A DNA stretch of 64,000 nucleotides from Lytechinus pictus (GCF_037042905.1 NC_087246.1:7256001-7320000), one strand, 5' to 3'. Shown: positions 27,601-38,747, counted from the stretch's first letter. Notes: generated by a model not told the origin, from the sequence alone. Program-made: numbers and translations.

Positions 27601-30600
27601 GACACTTACGTTACTGAGACAGTCCCTGAGCCTCTAGGCTGAAAGTTACCTGAGGCTGGGACAATCCCAATTTTCTGACCAGCAAGTGCACCTCTACTGT
27701 CTAGTGAATTGATGATATAGCATGTATAGCGGCACTTTTTTTTTTTAGTATACTATACTAACCTCGCAATACGTGTGAGTGGTATAGCCGTAGACAGCTG
27801 TCAGCCATCTGTTTCAAGGAGTTTTTTAACAAATAACATTTGTAACTTTTTTTATTGCCTTATTAATTTGTGAGTGGAGCCAACAGAGCTCAGCAGAACA
27901 ACCATTATATGGTAGGGGGTCCTAAAGCTACGCACCACTCCAATATCCCAATGCGCATGCAATTTCAATTGCAAAATGCGCACTCTGTGTATGGAGCTTT
28001 TACTGCAGTGTGATGAACGATTCCTATTCAGAGGTAGACAGCTGGCAGCCGTCTGTTTCGAGGAGTTTTTTAACATTTTTTTATTTTTTTAATTTCTCCT
28101 CATACACATTTGGTGAGTGAAGCCAACGGAGTTCAGCTGAACAACCAACATAACAGAGACCGAAGCTTTTGGTCTAATTCAGAGGCTGCAATAAATCACT
28201 AAGTACAGAGAAAACCAGCAACTGTTTGGAATTTTGGAGTTATATTCACTTAGATTTCATATTTTCCTATAAGAATATGAACATTATTTAGAAATTTAGG
28301 ACAGGAAATACTTTTTCTTTGCATGATAAATTGAGTGCGTAGCGCGTAGCTTTAGGACCCCTTCTATATCGGGCGGCGAAATCAAAAGGTGTTCGGAAAA
28401 CACGGCGGGATTTTCGTCTAAGTGAGTTTTGTGATATTTTCTTCTAGGTTAAGAATCTTTAGAATATTTAACACAAATTTGTGAAAGATGAATTGTTAAA
28501 ATATTAAAATTGGCATAGTCTTTATCGATTGTAAACAAAGTGCGTAGCTTTAGCCTTGGGTCCCCCATCATACATGTATGTTAATTTTAGGCCAAGTAAA
28601 AAAAGAAAGTAGTTGATCGTCCTCGCGCGCATCTATTTTGGCCGCCGCATGAAATTTTTTACTATTTACTATTTTCAAAAATTGGCTAAAAAACAAAAAA
28701 CAAAAAAAACATTGTGATGTTTCTCGTCCGCGCTTCCCTTTTTGATTGCAGCATCAATTTTCTTTATATAAATTACTATTTTTATGGCTGCTGAATAGCG
28801 AAAAAAATTCACAAGATTGGTGAGAAATTTGCTCTCATGTGCTCTGGGATCTCTCTCGCAACTTAAAAAACAATTGCAAAGTCCGATATCGCCGTAACTG
28901 CAAGAAAGAAAAAAATTCTGATTTGGTTTTTTATTGGAATTTTGAAGATACCATCATAAATTAGCGAGAAAATAAAGTTTGCAAACTCGGAAAAGATCAC
29001 AGATTTCTTCATTTTTAGTGCATTTTCGGGGACCCCGCTTCCTGAATCTGAACTAATCCGTCGCGTGCTTTGGAAATATGGCGCAGATAAATCAATTTTA
29101 ATGACGTAATTTGTATTTCAGCTGGGGTTTTTGGTGAGTGATAGCGCCTGTACATCGATGTGTGTTACGGTGATTGACTGAGCTTGTGACTCTGTTGGGT
29201 GAATGCATGTGTGCTGGGATGATGTGATTGACTGTGCTGGCGCGACATGTGAATTTGTGAAATGAATTGAATTTTCTGGCGAGTTTTCTAACGTCAGCAG
29301 GCAATGCATTGAATATTCAAAAAATAATTTCAAGTGGGTTATTCATTATCAAGATTGAAAATCATTAATAGGATTCCAGTAAGTGCCAATTCTGTTCAAA
29401 TTTGATAAACTTCATTCTTCCTTGAGCTATTCAATTTGATGGACAATTGTAAAAATTAGTTAGTAAATAGATCTAACACTAACAGTTACAATTAAATATT
29501 GAAATAATAAACAGTATGTGAACAATTAACAATTAATTCAATAATCATTTAACATTTGATATCAATTTAAAAAATGAATAAAAATTGAACAGTATTTAAC
29601 ATTATGTAAACTAATATACAAGCAGCTGGAAACTGCGATGCGAAACCATGCCCAGAGCTAAAAAAGAGATTGGCTCTGGAAAACTGAACATGGCTCCATG
29701 GTAATAAAAATGACCCCCCATGCATTTTTTTACCCTTACATATATATTAATAAAGAATAATGTTTAAATCATTCACTTGACATGAACATTTTGTTTTACA
29801 ACAATACAGTACCGTTATACATCAGTACTTAATACATCAGTAGATTTTTATCGCATAATACATTTTCCATAGATTCCAATCAATTGTAATTTGTATATAT
29901 ATATTATGCATATATATATATAATATATATATATATACACTGTATATATATTTCTACTCATTTATTATTAATATTGAGCATGCATCGATCACATAATTCG
30001 AGCTTGACATGGCCCGACAATCATTTGAATAAAAAATAGCAAAAAAAATAGTAAATAGTAAGGACCTCCCTCATCACTGATGTAAAAAAACGGGCCGAGA
30101 AAATGCCTCCTTGTTTTTAAAAAAAATAGTAAGATAGCAAATAGAAATAGTAAGGACCTCCCTCATCACTGCTCTAAAAAAAACGGACGATCAACTACTA
30201 TCTTTTATTAGTTTATTACTTCATACTTGGCCTTATAACAGAGTCAGAGACCGAAGCTTTTGGTTTGGTATAGCCAGCACAATCCCTGGCTCCGTGGAGG
30301 GTGAGCACACGTTAGTGCATGATTTTTACTCTTTAGCCTTTTGGGAGCCTCCTGGCTAGCCGAAGCCTAAATAAGTGGTTGGTAACCCGGCCCCAGCCCA
30401 GGAACGGCGGCCGCCCACGTCCCAGCCGCGAAGAGTCCCGCCCACCTGGCCCACTTCGGAAGCGCTCAGCTGACGACTGGGACCCGGACTGGGAAACGGT
30501 TCTGGACGCGATACCGGGACAGATCCAGATCTAATTTTGAAGCTTCGCATTCGCCTCAATAGAATTTATATTTACCTTTAAAAATATATCATACTGCTTC

Positions 30601-30635
30601 GAAGATATCCCCAGTTTTTCTGCTTCGGTGGCCAT
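543..30635 (-). CDS. SEC14L2: SEC14-like protein, gene A, 3'-partial (exons 1-10 in window): complement(join(543..691,1946..2049,3273..3417,5203..5298,6054..6148,6741..6834,8255..8317,21058..21101,22453..22522,30576..30635))
   Basis: Ten GT-AG exons with the same lengths and phases as gene B exons 1-10, giving an open frame of 306 codons: MATEAEKLGISSKQYDIFLKFKDRVSDAIQPYHDDYWLRRFLRSKKFDIKKAESLFRK...GKDGRPIFLD...FPELL...LPRYWGG...GGKVPKEFY. The remaining GOLD exons should lie left of position 1. Symbol is family-level. Confidence 0.93.
1040..1812 (-). mobile_element. HINE-type element with degenerate ~110-170-bp tandem cores
   Basis: Repeated CACATGTGGTATTACCCAAGGATCAT / GACCTTTGACC units, ACAG microsatellite, GAGACAAAA end. 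Confidence 0.65.
1946..2049 (-). CDS. SEC14L2: Gene A exon 9 (DNFAEVLLKNIDAEVLPRYWGGTREEDGDGQCPSI)
   Basis: gaacag| ... |gtaagt; 104 nt; LPxYWGG motif that ends the CRAL-TRIO domain. Confidence 0.96.
2161..2792. mobile_element. piggyBac-like non-autonomous element (TTAA|CCCT...AGGG)
   Basis: TTAACCCTA left end, TAGGG-TGAA right end; internally homologous to 21618-22300. Confidence 0.7.
3273..3417 (-). CDS. SEC14L2: Gene A exon 8 (VVNLCEDHFPELLYRVYILRSPRLFPLLYSLVSPFLGERTRNRTVFCK)
   Basis: aatcag| ... |gtaatt; 145 nt; overlaps ORF 3220..3414. Confidence 0.96.
3498..3736. mobile_element. Small TIR element in gene A intron 7
   Basis: AGAGTACCGAA...GTGACGTCA / TGATGTCAC...TTCGGTACTCT. Confidence 0.6.
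3902..4738. mobile_element. Retroposed insertion of tandem ~290-bp tRNA-containing units with internal inversion
   Basis: 12-bp direct repeat TACAAGGTGCTT at 3890-3901 and 4739-4750; T-run at the left end; tRNA-like cores with A box TAGCCTGGTGG and B box GGTTCGAAT at 4256-4329 and 4546-4619; 3912-4035 is the reverse complement of the unit 3' half. Confidence 0.75.
5203..5298 (-). CDS. SEC14L2: Gene A exon 7 (LNTKVEGIHFIMDFEHLGRQHLSRPSTQLQIS)
   Basis: ttggcag| ... |gtaagt; 96 nt. Confidence 0.94.
6054..6148 (-). CDS. SEC14L2: Gene A exon 6 (LLHSVTQTDIMKFYIQRFSGLNDLMIQQSRK)
   Basis: tctcag| ... |gtattg; 95 nt. Confidence 0.94.
6741..6834 (-). CDS. SEC14L2: Gene A exon 5 (VLEKYRIGGTIGFGKDGRPIFLDPFGLIDFKG)
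   Basis: caacag| ... |gtatga; 94 nt; DGRP motif; overlaps ORF 6715..6918. Confidence 0.96.
6898..7097. mobile_element. CAG-ended MITE, 6-bp TSD CAAACA
   Basis: CAGGGCTGGTAAC ... GCTTGGCAGCTCTG, flanked by CAAACA on both sides. Confidence 0.55.
7115..7730. mobile_element. Kolobok-like non-autonomous element
   Basis: Degenerate TIR (CAAGTCCACC / GGTGCACTTG); body homologous to 45171-45718 and 36711-37272 (CTGAAAATTTCATCAAAATC motif). Confidence 0.7.
8255..8317 (-). CDS. SEC14L2: Gene A exon 4 (DVVWREENKVATIAQDFKIPE)
   Basis: ttacag| ... |gtaagt; 63 nt; WREENKV shared with gene B. Confidence 0.93.
8717..9344. mobile_element. Non-autonomous element with CC(G)n...(C)nTGG ends and 7-bp TSD GTGTAGT
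   Basis: TSD at 8710-8716 and 9345-9351; poly-G/poly-C termini; internal direct duplication; an inverted copy lies at 14697-15168. Confidence 0.8.
10352..10826. mobile_element. PIF/Harbinger-like MITE
   Basis: TIR GGTGGTATCAGACAGCCTCGA / TCAAGGCGGTTTGAAACCACC; flanks CTA / TCA. Confidence 0.65.
11318..11712. mobile_element. TIR element (Harbinger-like MITE)
   Basis: About 40-bp imperfect TIR: CACTACGTTCCTAAAACTAG / CTAGTTTTAGAAAGCGTAATGTG. Confidence 0.6.
11728..12298. mobile_element. Poly-G/poly-C-ended TIR element, TSD AGTTCTC
   Basis: TIR CACTTCCATTGACGAGTGGATACCATGCGCGACCA matches its reverse complement at about 12238-12272; AGTTCTC at 11721-11727 and 12299-12305. Confidence 0.85.
12949..13211. 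repeat. ~260-bp foldback palindrome
   Basis: Arms such as CATGTTTCTAATACAGCTTGAGCATACGAAT / ATTCGTATGCTCAAGCTGTATTAGAAACATG; short central loop. Confidence 0.9.
14295..14475 (-). mobile_element. tRNA-derived SINE (Meta-domain-like body), truncated
   Basis: Minus strand: TGGCTCAGTTGG (A box), GGTTCGAACCC (B box), then ACCAAAAGATGCTAAAAGATGGGAGTTGCTG..., resembling the MetaSINE central domain (recalled from memory). Confidence 0.75.
14697..15168. mobile_element. Inverted, truncated copy of the 8717-9344 element
   Basis: Reverse-complement match, also visible as the shared pseudo-ORF text FVKTGVLGTGRLRV / TRRRPVPRTPV. Confidence 0.85.
16152..16573. mobile_element. CC..GG TIR element nested in a related element (~15895-16753), TSD GTCTGAG/GTCTAAG
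   Basis: TIR GGCCAGTCAAATATATTTCTGTACACACGAGTGGCCAA versus TTGGTCACGCGTGTGTACAGCAAAATATTTGACTGGCC; 7-bp flanks with one mismatch. Confidence 0.8.
17248..17545 (+). repeat. Tandem duplication of ~150 bp
   Basis: TACAGCTTTTCAAA...CATTCCAGCTCATTTCACAGTAACT...AAGTGGATCAGT.CAAATAAAA occurs twice. Confidence 0.8.
18568..19521. repeat. ~950-bp imperfect foldback palindrome
   Basis: Outer GGAATTATTTATCCGAGGTTGGTCT / AGACCAACCTCGGATAAATAATTCC; centre TATACAGGATTTAATCTA / TAGATTAAATCCTGTATA near 19020. Confidence 0.9.
21058..21101 (-). CDS. SEC14L2: Gene A exon 3 (SKKFDIKKAESLFRK)
   Basis: tttacag| ... |gtaagt; 44 nt. Confidence 0.92.
21618..22300. mobile_element. piggyBac-like non-autonomous element, TTAA TSD
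   Basis: TTAA|CCCTTATTAAACTGGG ... CCCAGTTAAGATAGGG|TTAA. Confidence 0.8.
22453..22522 (-). CDS. SEC14L2: Gene A exon 2 (FKDRVSDAIQPYHDDYWLRRFLR)
   Basis: ttctag| ... |gtaag; 70 nt; 15/23 residues identical to gene B exon 2. Confidence 0.95.
23200..23296. repeat. ~100-bp inverted repeat
   Basis: AGGTGATG...GGCAAGCT / AGCTTGCC...CATCACCT. Confidence 0.65.
23540..23827. mobile_element. hAT MITE, 8-bp TSD CTCATAAA/CTAATAAA
   Basis: TIR CATGGCCCTGGGAA / TTCCCAGGGCCCTG. Confidence 0.7.
24107..24529. mobile_element. Poly-G/poly-C-ended element, 7-bp TSD GAAAGAC
   Basis: GAAAGAC at 24100-24106 and 24530-24536 flanking CCGG(G)n...(C)nAGG. Confidence 0.8.
25666..25955 (+). repeat. ~21-bp minisatellite (TTAGACCAAGTGG / TTAGACGAATTGGATA)
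   Basis: More than ten degenerate tandem units. Confidence 0.85.
28590..30232. mobile_element. 1.6-kb non-autonomous element with GGCCAAG termini and TTA TSD (Zator/Harbinger-like)
   Basis: TTA|GGCCAAGTA...GTAGTTGATCGTCC and GGACGATCAACTAC...TACTTGGCC|TTA; located in gene A intron 1. Confidence 0.75.
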
Positions 30636-30880
30636 TTTACGAAAGACTCCGCTCCGGGTGGTCCTGCTGCTCGCTGTCTCGATACCGTATTTCAACTATG
30701 GAGCTACCGTACCGGCTATAGCGCTTGCACAATTTACGGTACCGCTACCTATACAGCGCTAGCGTTTATGGTTTATGCCAAGGTAGTGCGACGTGCAGCG
30801 CAGCGTGAAAGCTAACCAGACGACGGGTTAGTTTATATCGGATACAGGATGTGTAAATTGGGTGGGAGGCGAGGGGGAGG
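30350..30880 (-). promoter_or_regulatory. CpG/GC-rich promoter and first-exon region of gene A
   Basis: Locally GC- and CpG-rich against an AT-rich background; GC-box-like CCGCCCAC motifs at about 30410-30445; surrounds the ATG. TSS not determined. Confidence 0.55.
30576..30635 (-). CDS. SEC14L2: Gene A coding exon 1 (MATEAEKLGISSKQYDIFLK)
   Basis: aaaATGG start context, AAG|gtaaat donor, 60 nt as in gene B exon 1, inside a CpG-rich patch. Confidence 0.85.
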
Positions 30881-30959
30881 GGGGAGTCTCTTTCAATGTC
30901 TTGTCTTATCTTGTATAGTATACTAACATTATAGAGACATAGGACTGTGCCATTAAAAC

Positions 30960-31922
30960 GGATATGTATCTCACTGATCAAATAATTCAAGCGCGAAGCG
31001 CGAGCTGATTTTTTTATATCAGACCAAAAAAGAGACATTATAAGCAATTTTGTGTAATCATGATACGTAGGCGTAGCTGTCTCGCTAAACAAACAAACAG
31101 TGCAAAGCAAAGCACGAGCTGAAATTTTTGTATGTATTGACTCCACACACATGACACAGGGACATTTTAAGGACTATTTTTTTAGGAATCCATTAAGACT
31201 ATACATATCTCACAGGGGCCGCGGAACGGTTTTCAAAGTGGGGGGGGGGGCTGAGCCAAAAGTGGGGGGCTGACCATGCTAAAAATCACAATCATATGGT
31301 AATTTTTACGTTTTTGTACACGGTTTTGGAAAAAAGTGGGGGGGGGGGCTGAAGCCCCCCCAGCCCCCCCGCTTCCGCGGCCCCTGTCTCATCATAGTCA
31401 TCTAATGCGATCGAGTGCCAAGCGCTTGATGATTTTGTTAGAGTTACATCTAAACACATGAAGCACTTTATGTAGTCATTGTAATCATGATTAACATCTC
31501 ACTAATCAAATATTACGAGCGCGAAGCGCGAGCTGAAAATTTAGGAAATTCAGACCTGAAGAGGGGCATTTTAAGGCTTGTTTGAAGGAATTTACGAAGA
31601 ACATACGTATTTCACTAACGAAATGATTCGAGCGAGAAGCGCGAGCTGAATTTTTTTTTTATATATTGACCCCAAACAGGGATATTTTAAGGACTATTTT
31701 TCAGGAATCCATAAATATCTCACTATAGTCATCTAATGCGAGTGCCAAGCGCTTGCTGATTTTGTAGGAAAAAAAACATCTAAACACATGAAGCACTTTT
31801 TGTAGTCATTGTAATCATGATTATCATCGGTGCATCTAACTAATCAAATATTGCAAGCGCGAAGCGCAAGCTGAAAATCTAGGAAATTCAGACCTGAAGA
31901 GGGGCATTCTAAGGCTTGTTTG
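30960..31922 (+). repeat. Degenerate tandem array with GCGCGAAGCGCGAGCTG motif
   Basis: Motif at about 30991, 31519, 31630 and 31857; higher-order ~340-bp duplication; same family as 38000-38520. Confidence 0.75.
31213..31386. mobile_element. hAT5-like MITE, 5-bp TSD TCTCA
   Basis: TIR CAGGGGCCGCGGAA / TTCCGCGGCCCCTG; the empty site is visible in a sister repeat unit at about 31715-31740; truncated inverted copy at about 41240-41375. Confidence 0.8.
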
Positions 31923-33042
31923 TGTCAAAAGAGATGAAAATCCATTCAAATCAAGCTAGACCCTGCTTCTTCATTCTTTATGTTTTGTTGTGGTTTATGT
32001 AGTGATGTTGATTTCTGTGAGATAACATGGTTTGAGTCGTGGTTTGAAATATCCATGCATGTTTGTTTGTTATGTGTTTGCTTGTGCAGAGGTGTGTTTG
32101 ATTCCATGTTAAAGTTGATGTTTAAGGTGCATGAAAACAAAAGAAATCGCCGAGAAACTCATTCATCACCACGGAAAAAAAGAACAGTGACTTTCAATAT
32201 TGTGTCATTTTGCAACTTTTGAATTTTGACCTTGCCCCACATTTCAAGGCACTGCACCACCATGTGAATCATAATCATATCATGTAGGGTATCATTTTAA
32301 AGAGAATTAAATGATCTATTCATTGATATTAATTACAAATTGATATTTACTAAAACCGAGGAGGGATTATCAATCAAATTCAGATTTCCAAACTTTTTTT
32401 GAGGAGTTTATATAATTATCTTGTACAATAATTTCTTCTTTCCCACGTTCCTTTTCCTTTCTCCCTCTTTTTCTCCTCCCCCTTTTTTGCCCCCCCCCCC
32501 GTAATTACGACACTGGTCTGGTTATTCTGATTGTTTGCCTGATGGATACTTTGGAAGTGATTTGATTTATATTACATGGGGTCAAGACTCATACTGTATT
32601 TTCTTTAAACAAGAATACGAGTCGGCTACTTGTTCTCCTGTCTTGGAGAGTTGGATTGTGAAGACCACTAGTCTAACTTGACCATGCAATCTCTTAATTA
32701 GACTTTCATCACAATCTTTAGGAAAAATAATGGAAAATTCTGGAGGCGGGCTGGAGGAAAATTTCTTCATACAAAATCCCAAACTCATTGCAAACGTAAT
32801 ATAGAACTATCTGTCTATATACCCTATTGTCATTATCATATATTTTGTTGTTATTGTTACATGTTCATAATTTATATTTGTTGTCTTCAATGTGTTTTCG
32901 CACAACTACATGCATGTAAACAGGACGAATTCCTACTTTAAAGAGTTGTAGGGGGTTACGGCTAGGTATATATTCCTTTCAGGCCATCAATCGTACATCA
33001 CTTCCATGGGATATTTGGGGCGCGTTTATCAACATGTTATCA

Positions 33043-33189
33043 GGGGAGCGTTTCATGAAGGGACTTTGTCCGACAAGTTCTGTTTTATCCAACAATTACC
33101 ATAGTAACAGTACCTCTCAGCCAATCAGAATCAAGGAAAGATGTCAGATCTGACAACTTGTCGGATAAAAATGTTGATGAAACGCTCCC
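33043..33189. mobile_element. Short Harbinger-like MITE (GGGAGCGTTTCAT...ATGAAACGCTCCC); relatives at ~9451-9586 and 55079-55243
   Basis: 13-bp TIR; the three copies share a TTTCAT.A...T.ATGAAAC terminal design. Confidence 0.65.
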
Positions 33190-36100
33190 AAGATCTGACA
33201 ATTTTCCTTGATCCTGAGTGGCTGAGAAGCAGTGATTCTATGACAAGGGCGGAAATCTCTCCCCAAAGGTAGGGGGACCAGAGGCTCGAAAATTTGACAA
33301 GCAAAAAAAAAGGGTTGTCACTCAAAATGTAAGGTCGTTTCGACCAAAATAAATTTGACAAGCAAAAAAAAAAAAAAAAAGGGTTATCACCCCAAAAGTA
33401 AGGTCATCTCGTCCAAAATACATATTTTAAATGTTTTATTGCGATTTTGAATGATAAGCAGTCAGTGCACCGTACATGAGTGAATCTACTTTGTTAGTGT
33501 TACAGAGTCTGCGTTATGAACTTCCCGTGAACTTCATAGGCATGATAGGCGGATCAAGAGGCCACCCCCCCCCCCCCCCATGTGCAATATAGGGCTCGCC
33601 TGCCTCTGGGCATTTTTTCTTTTACGAGCTCCAGTCCATAGAAAATTTGTACCCTTTTCTTATTTTCTGTCATTTTACTTGATTGTAATTTATTATCCAA
33701 AACTGTATATGAACATTGTATAATTTATGTGATAATAAAAGAGTCTATGTTATTTAAGGTACTCCAGGCTAAAAAAATAATTGTATCGAAATGGATAGAG
33801 GAAAGTTCACCGCGTAAAATTCTAAAGATCCCATCAAAATCAGAAGCGCAACAGGGGTCGGTGGCCGGGGGGGGGGGGGACCGCGGGCGGGCGGGGCAAG
33901 AGCAAAATATTTCCCGGTCATAATAATGCAAACAGGATGTTTCATGCTATTCTCGACTTTATGCATCATCCCAGTCTTTCTTCCCGTTCTTAATTTTTTA
34001 ATCCTCGGCAGCCCAGCTATGTTTTTAAATTCTTCTTTTTTCCTTTTCTCTTCATTTTTCAATTGAGCTTTTCCCTTAGCATTTTACCTCGTTCCATTCC
34101 TACTTCATTTCCCGTTTATTTTTGCCTCTTTTCTTTTTGTTTCTCGCATTAAGTTCCCGTTCCATTTTGCAACCTCTTCTTTTACTCCCCCTTTCTCACC
34201 AAGTACTTCGGGATGATTTGTTCTGTATTGATTCTCACATGTTCTTCTTTTCTTCCATTTTTCCCCCTTTCTCTTTCTTCCCCCCCCCCCCTTCCTTTCT
34301 CTCTTTATTTTTTTTTCTTCTTTCTTTCTTTCTCTCTTTCTTTACTTCTTTTTTTCTCCTATATTCTCCACTTCCCTCGTTTTTTTTTCCAGGTGAGCTC
34401 CCCCGGGGGGGGGGGGGGGGGCAAGCTGTCCCTCCCCCCGCCTGTTACGCCACTGAATAAAATCTGATAACAAATAAATTATTGAATTTTAAAGTTTAGC
34501 AATATTTTGTGAAAACAATTATGTGCACGTCCTCGTGAATAGTGTGCAATTATGTGGACTAATGATTTCATGTCCCCATTTTCCTTTTCTTATTACTTGA
34601 AATCACAATTCTTTCATAATTGCTTGCATGCATGTGCATAATTATGCATAATATTATTATGTCTCCCTTGTAACATAATGAGCTACAGCAATGATTACCC
34701 TATACATTAAACCAGTATCCATGTTTTAGTTCTTGGCAACAAAATTTGAATAAATACAATTTCATACAATACATTATATATAAGAGAATAAGTGGGGATA
34801 CGGTTGCTCATTGCAAAATATCATATCTTTGTTATTCTTTGATTCCCGATATTGATAAAACTATCAGTGTTTTATTATTTTGTCTGATATGTTCAAATCA
34901 TTATTTTTAGCCTGGAGTGCTCCATTGCTCAAGCTGCCCCCATTTTCATGGTCGGCGGTCATTGGGTCATAAAAAGAGGGGGTAGAAAATAGCGTGTGTG
35001 GCGAAATTTCTTAAACCTTCGAGCGAACAAAGCGAGAAAGCAAACATTTTAACCTTTTTAAAATGAAAATCTAATCTTGTGTTATATTTTGACATAACAT
35101 TCAGGAAATAACATCATATTTCACCTTATTCCCTTTACTTTTCATTCTTATTCCTCGCTCTTGGCCGGCCATGGAACTTTTATTTGTTTTGATAGGTGTC
35201 GATCGATCCCGGGGGTCCGGGGTTGGGGTGGGGGGTATATAATTCAGGTTGGAGTGGCCTGTGTTATCACCCCCAATAATTTACGGTCGAACATCATGAT
35301 AATTTTGATGAATCATGTGACAAGTTATGGTCATGATGATACAGATGAAGTACAAGATGATATATGGTAGTATTGATTGCCGCATATATTTTTCCTCGTT
35401 ATCAGGACATTGAATGAAACCAGTCATATCAGATATTAGAAATAGATCATTGGAAAAAAGGAAAAAAGTCCAGGATGAAATAGAATATCATGCGCATAAT
35501 AATGTTTTTAGACACACGGCTTTATATATATATATATACCACTTCCCATGAAGGCATGAGGGTGGGCCCCATTTATATTCCCACCTTACCACCTTCCCCT
35601 CAAACATTTTACTAAGTTTATTATAACACACTCATACTCCCATAGTTGAACTAACGAGTATTAGCTTGGGGTAACTCCTCTGGAATTTATTTAGAAATAC
35701 TATTGCTAAGTCAGAAGCGAATGATAAGAATTAGAAGTCAAAAATATAGATTACACATGCACAGACGAAATGTTTTACTACCCCCCCCCCCCAAATGAAA
35801 ATAAATGACTTATCACATCCGTCTTGGTTGTTTTATGTATTAAATCGCGGCGAATGGCCAACCCTACTAAAAAATATAATTTCCATTTATCACAGTGTTC
35901 ACAAGACAATTGTCACCATTTCACATTCCTTTGTTGAGGACTTTATTTAAACAGAACTATCATCTACACTGGCCCTCATTAAAAATCTTTGGATGAGTCG
36001 TTAAAGAACCATTTTCTTTTAAATGCAAACCCAAACTTAACCAAATTAATCGTTAGGCCTACATCATGTACATTCTTGTACAACGAAACTGCAGAATGCA

Positions 36101-36710
36101 TTTTTTCTGTCTTCAGCGGTGTTTTGTATAGTGTATCCTTTGTTATGATTCTTTATATTTCATTTGAATTATAAAAAAAATAGTAAGCCTATGACAGCTT
36201 TTAAGTTACACGATTAACAATTATTCAACTGCTTTTAATAATGTATATGTCAATGTTATTCAAATTGTATTTCTGATCATACTGATGGTGAGATGTAGAA
36301 ACTGTATTTACTTTGGTTTTGTAGTGAAAATAAAAGAAATGAAACATCACTTCATTTTCGTTGGTTTTCTTTATTCAATTCAGCTTGTAAAATAAGTGCA
36401 GAACATTTTATTCGATTTAAATATTAAAACATCCCTCGACATGATATCAACTAAGTTACTGCTCCTGCTTTAAAGGATTGTTTGAATAAGGGACATGTTG
36501 GGTTTGGGGCAATATACATTTAGGGTGTTTGCCCTTCAAAAAAAAAGAGAATGGAAATATCAAAAGAGTATATTGAAGGGAAATAACCTTGAAAACCGAC
36601 AAATAAAGTCCTCAAGAATGGCTCATTATCTGGTAAATTAAATCAAACAAATAAAAATCAAAAATATATTTTTAAAAATCTCTCGCTCCAATTATTGATC
36701 CAGTCCTTAA

Positions 36711-37272
36711 AGGGATGTTCCGGGCTGAAAATATGTATATTTAAGTAAATAAAGTATAAATTCAGACTGCAAAATGCTGAAAATTTCATCAAAATCTGAT
36801 GACAAAATTCATAGCGAAGTTACTGTATATCATGGCATTTTAAAGATTTGCATTATTCCAGTGAAACAGTTCTAGGCATGTCTTCATTAATATCCAATGA
36901 GCAAACTGCGGGGCAAACTGATGATGTCATATCCCCACTTTGTTCTTTGTATTTTATTATATGATATTGGGATAACAACTCTTACGTGTATTACATATTC
37001 ATTGCTGCAACTTGTTTCATTACAAGGTAGACATATGACACATATGTATGAAAAAATGAAACAATTATGAGCATAAGAAAAAGGAATGTGACATCATCAG
37101 TCGAACTAATGCATATTCATGAAGATATGCATATAACTGTTTTCACGATATACTGCTAAACTTTAAAATTCAATAACTTTGTCATCAAATTTTGATGGAA
37201 TTTTCGGCATTTTGCTCTGTGAATTCTACTCTTTTTATTTAGATGTAAATGTTTTCAGCCTGGAGCATCCCT
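36711..37272. mobile_element. Kolobok-like non-autonomous element
   Basis: TTAA|AGGGATGTTCCGGGCTGAAAA ... TTTTCAGCCTGGAGCATCCCT; partial relatives at about 18130-18440 and 34480-34925. Confidence 0.75.
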
Positions 37273-37504
37273 TTTTCAAGTAGTACTGTAAAAATAATGC
37301 TAACATAATTATATTTAATTAAAGCTTAAGTCTTTACAAGGACTATATAACCCCACTGGCGTACAAACGTTGGGCTTGCATGGGGCAGGGGCGTCGATCC
37401 ATTTTTCAGATTGGGGGGGGGGGACAAAATCATGAATCAACGTTCCAAAGGCGCTCGATCACACAAAACGAACAAACTAACCCGCACACACACATAGGCC
37501 TAGA

Positions 37505-37508
<4 letters not shown>

Positions 37509-37561
<53 letters not shown>

Positions 37562-37577
37562 GTTATATATATATATA
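37509..37577. repeat. (TA)n microsatellite
   Basis: Direct observation. Confidence 0.95.
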
Positions 37578-37981
37578 CAGTGCGTCCCCCAAAAAACTAT
37601 ACACTTTTGAAATGGCTGCCAAATAAAAATATATCACTTTGGGGGAAAGTCTTATATATATGGAAAGCCAATAAAGTCAACTTTCAAATGACACCAAAAT
37701 GTTGGAAAAATATTCATGCTTGAGCAGGCACTGCCCACTGAAACAAAGGGTATGAAAATGAGGCTGGGCTGGAATTAGCCTTCCAATTTCTTTCAGGTTC
37801 TTTTGTTTGGAACTTGCAAAGATGAGGGTTTTGTGATAAATTAATGATCAATTGTGATCAGTTTGTTGTTTGAAAAAATTTCATGCGTTATTAAATTGAA
37901 ATTTAATGCATGAGTGATCACGAATTGCAATTTTTAGTGCAGTATTTTGACTTTGAGTTGATTTTTTTTTGGGACGCACTG
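37578..37981. mobile_element. Tc1/mariner MITE inserted in a (TA)n tract
   Basis: TA|CAGTGCGTCCC ... GGGACGCACTG|TA. Confidence 0.85.
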
Positions 37982-38747
37982 TATATATAATATATATGAC
38001 TCATGAGAAAGAGACACTTTATCTCACCAACAAATTGATGCGAGCGCGAAGCGCAAGCTGAATTTTTTTAGTATACTAACATGAAACAAGGAAAAGGTAT
38101 ACCGGTTTAGGACTGTTTGTATAGTAACTCATGAGGAGGATAGATACAGGTATCTCACTACACAGATAATGCGAGTGCCGAGAGCGAGCTGAAATTTCTT
38201 TATATTCTGACCTGAAAGCTTGATATTCTAATTATTTTTGGTACCAATGATTAAGATGGGTATCTAAAAGAACAATAGAGCGCGAAGCGCGAGATGAAAA
38301 TTTGACGTTTTTGATGCAAGATATATATTCAACAAAAGATTATTGCAAATCGAAGCGGGAGTTCTTTTGAGGTTTAGAACTGAAAACGGGACATTCTATT
38401 CACCTATTTCATGAAAAGTATGGGTTTTTGCTACAGAAATGATGCGAGCGCGAAGCGCGAGTTGAACATTTTTATATTCCAGTCTGAAAAGCGGACATTT
38501 TTAGCACGATTTTAAATAAAGGACGAGTTGGTATCTCAATCTCGCTAGCTGATTTCCGTGTAACATTTACAATCTTATTTTATTTGCACATGCGGAATTA
38601 TTGGGGGGTGGGTGGGGCAAAACGATACTCGGTTTGCATGCCCCCCAATATTTTCATTGGTGGGGCGAGCGCCCCCCGGCCCTGCCCCCCAGGATCGACG
38701 CCTCTCTATTTGGGGTCCATGGCCCCATGCCCACCCAGGACCAAAAT

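Larger units (their letters stand above)
37387..38705. mobile_element. TIR element carrying GCGCGAAGCGC tandem units (possibly inside a larger 37354-39729 composite)
   Basis: TIR AGGGGCGTCGATCC / GGATCGACGCCTCT; outer CACTGGCGTACA (37354) / TGTGCGCCAGTG (39729); its right ~200 bp are duplicated at about 39320-39495. Confidence 0.6.
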
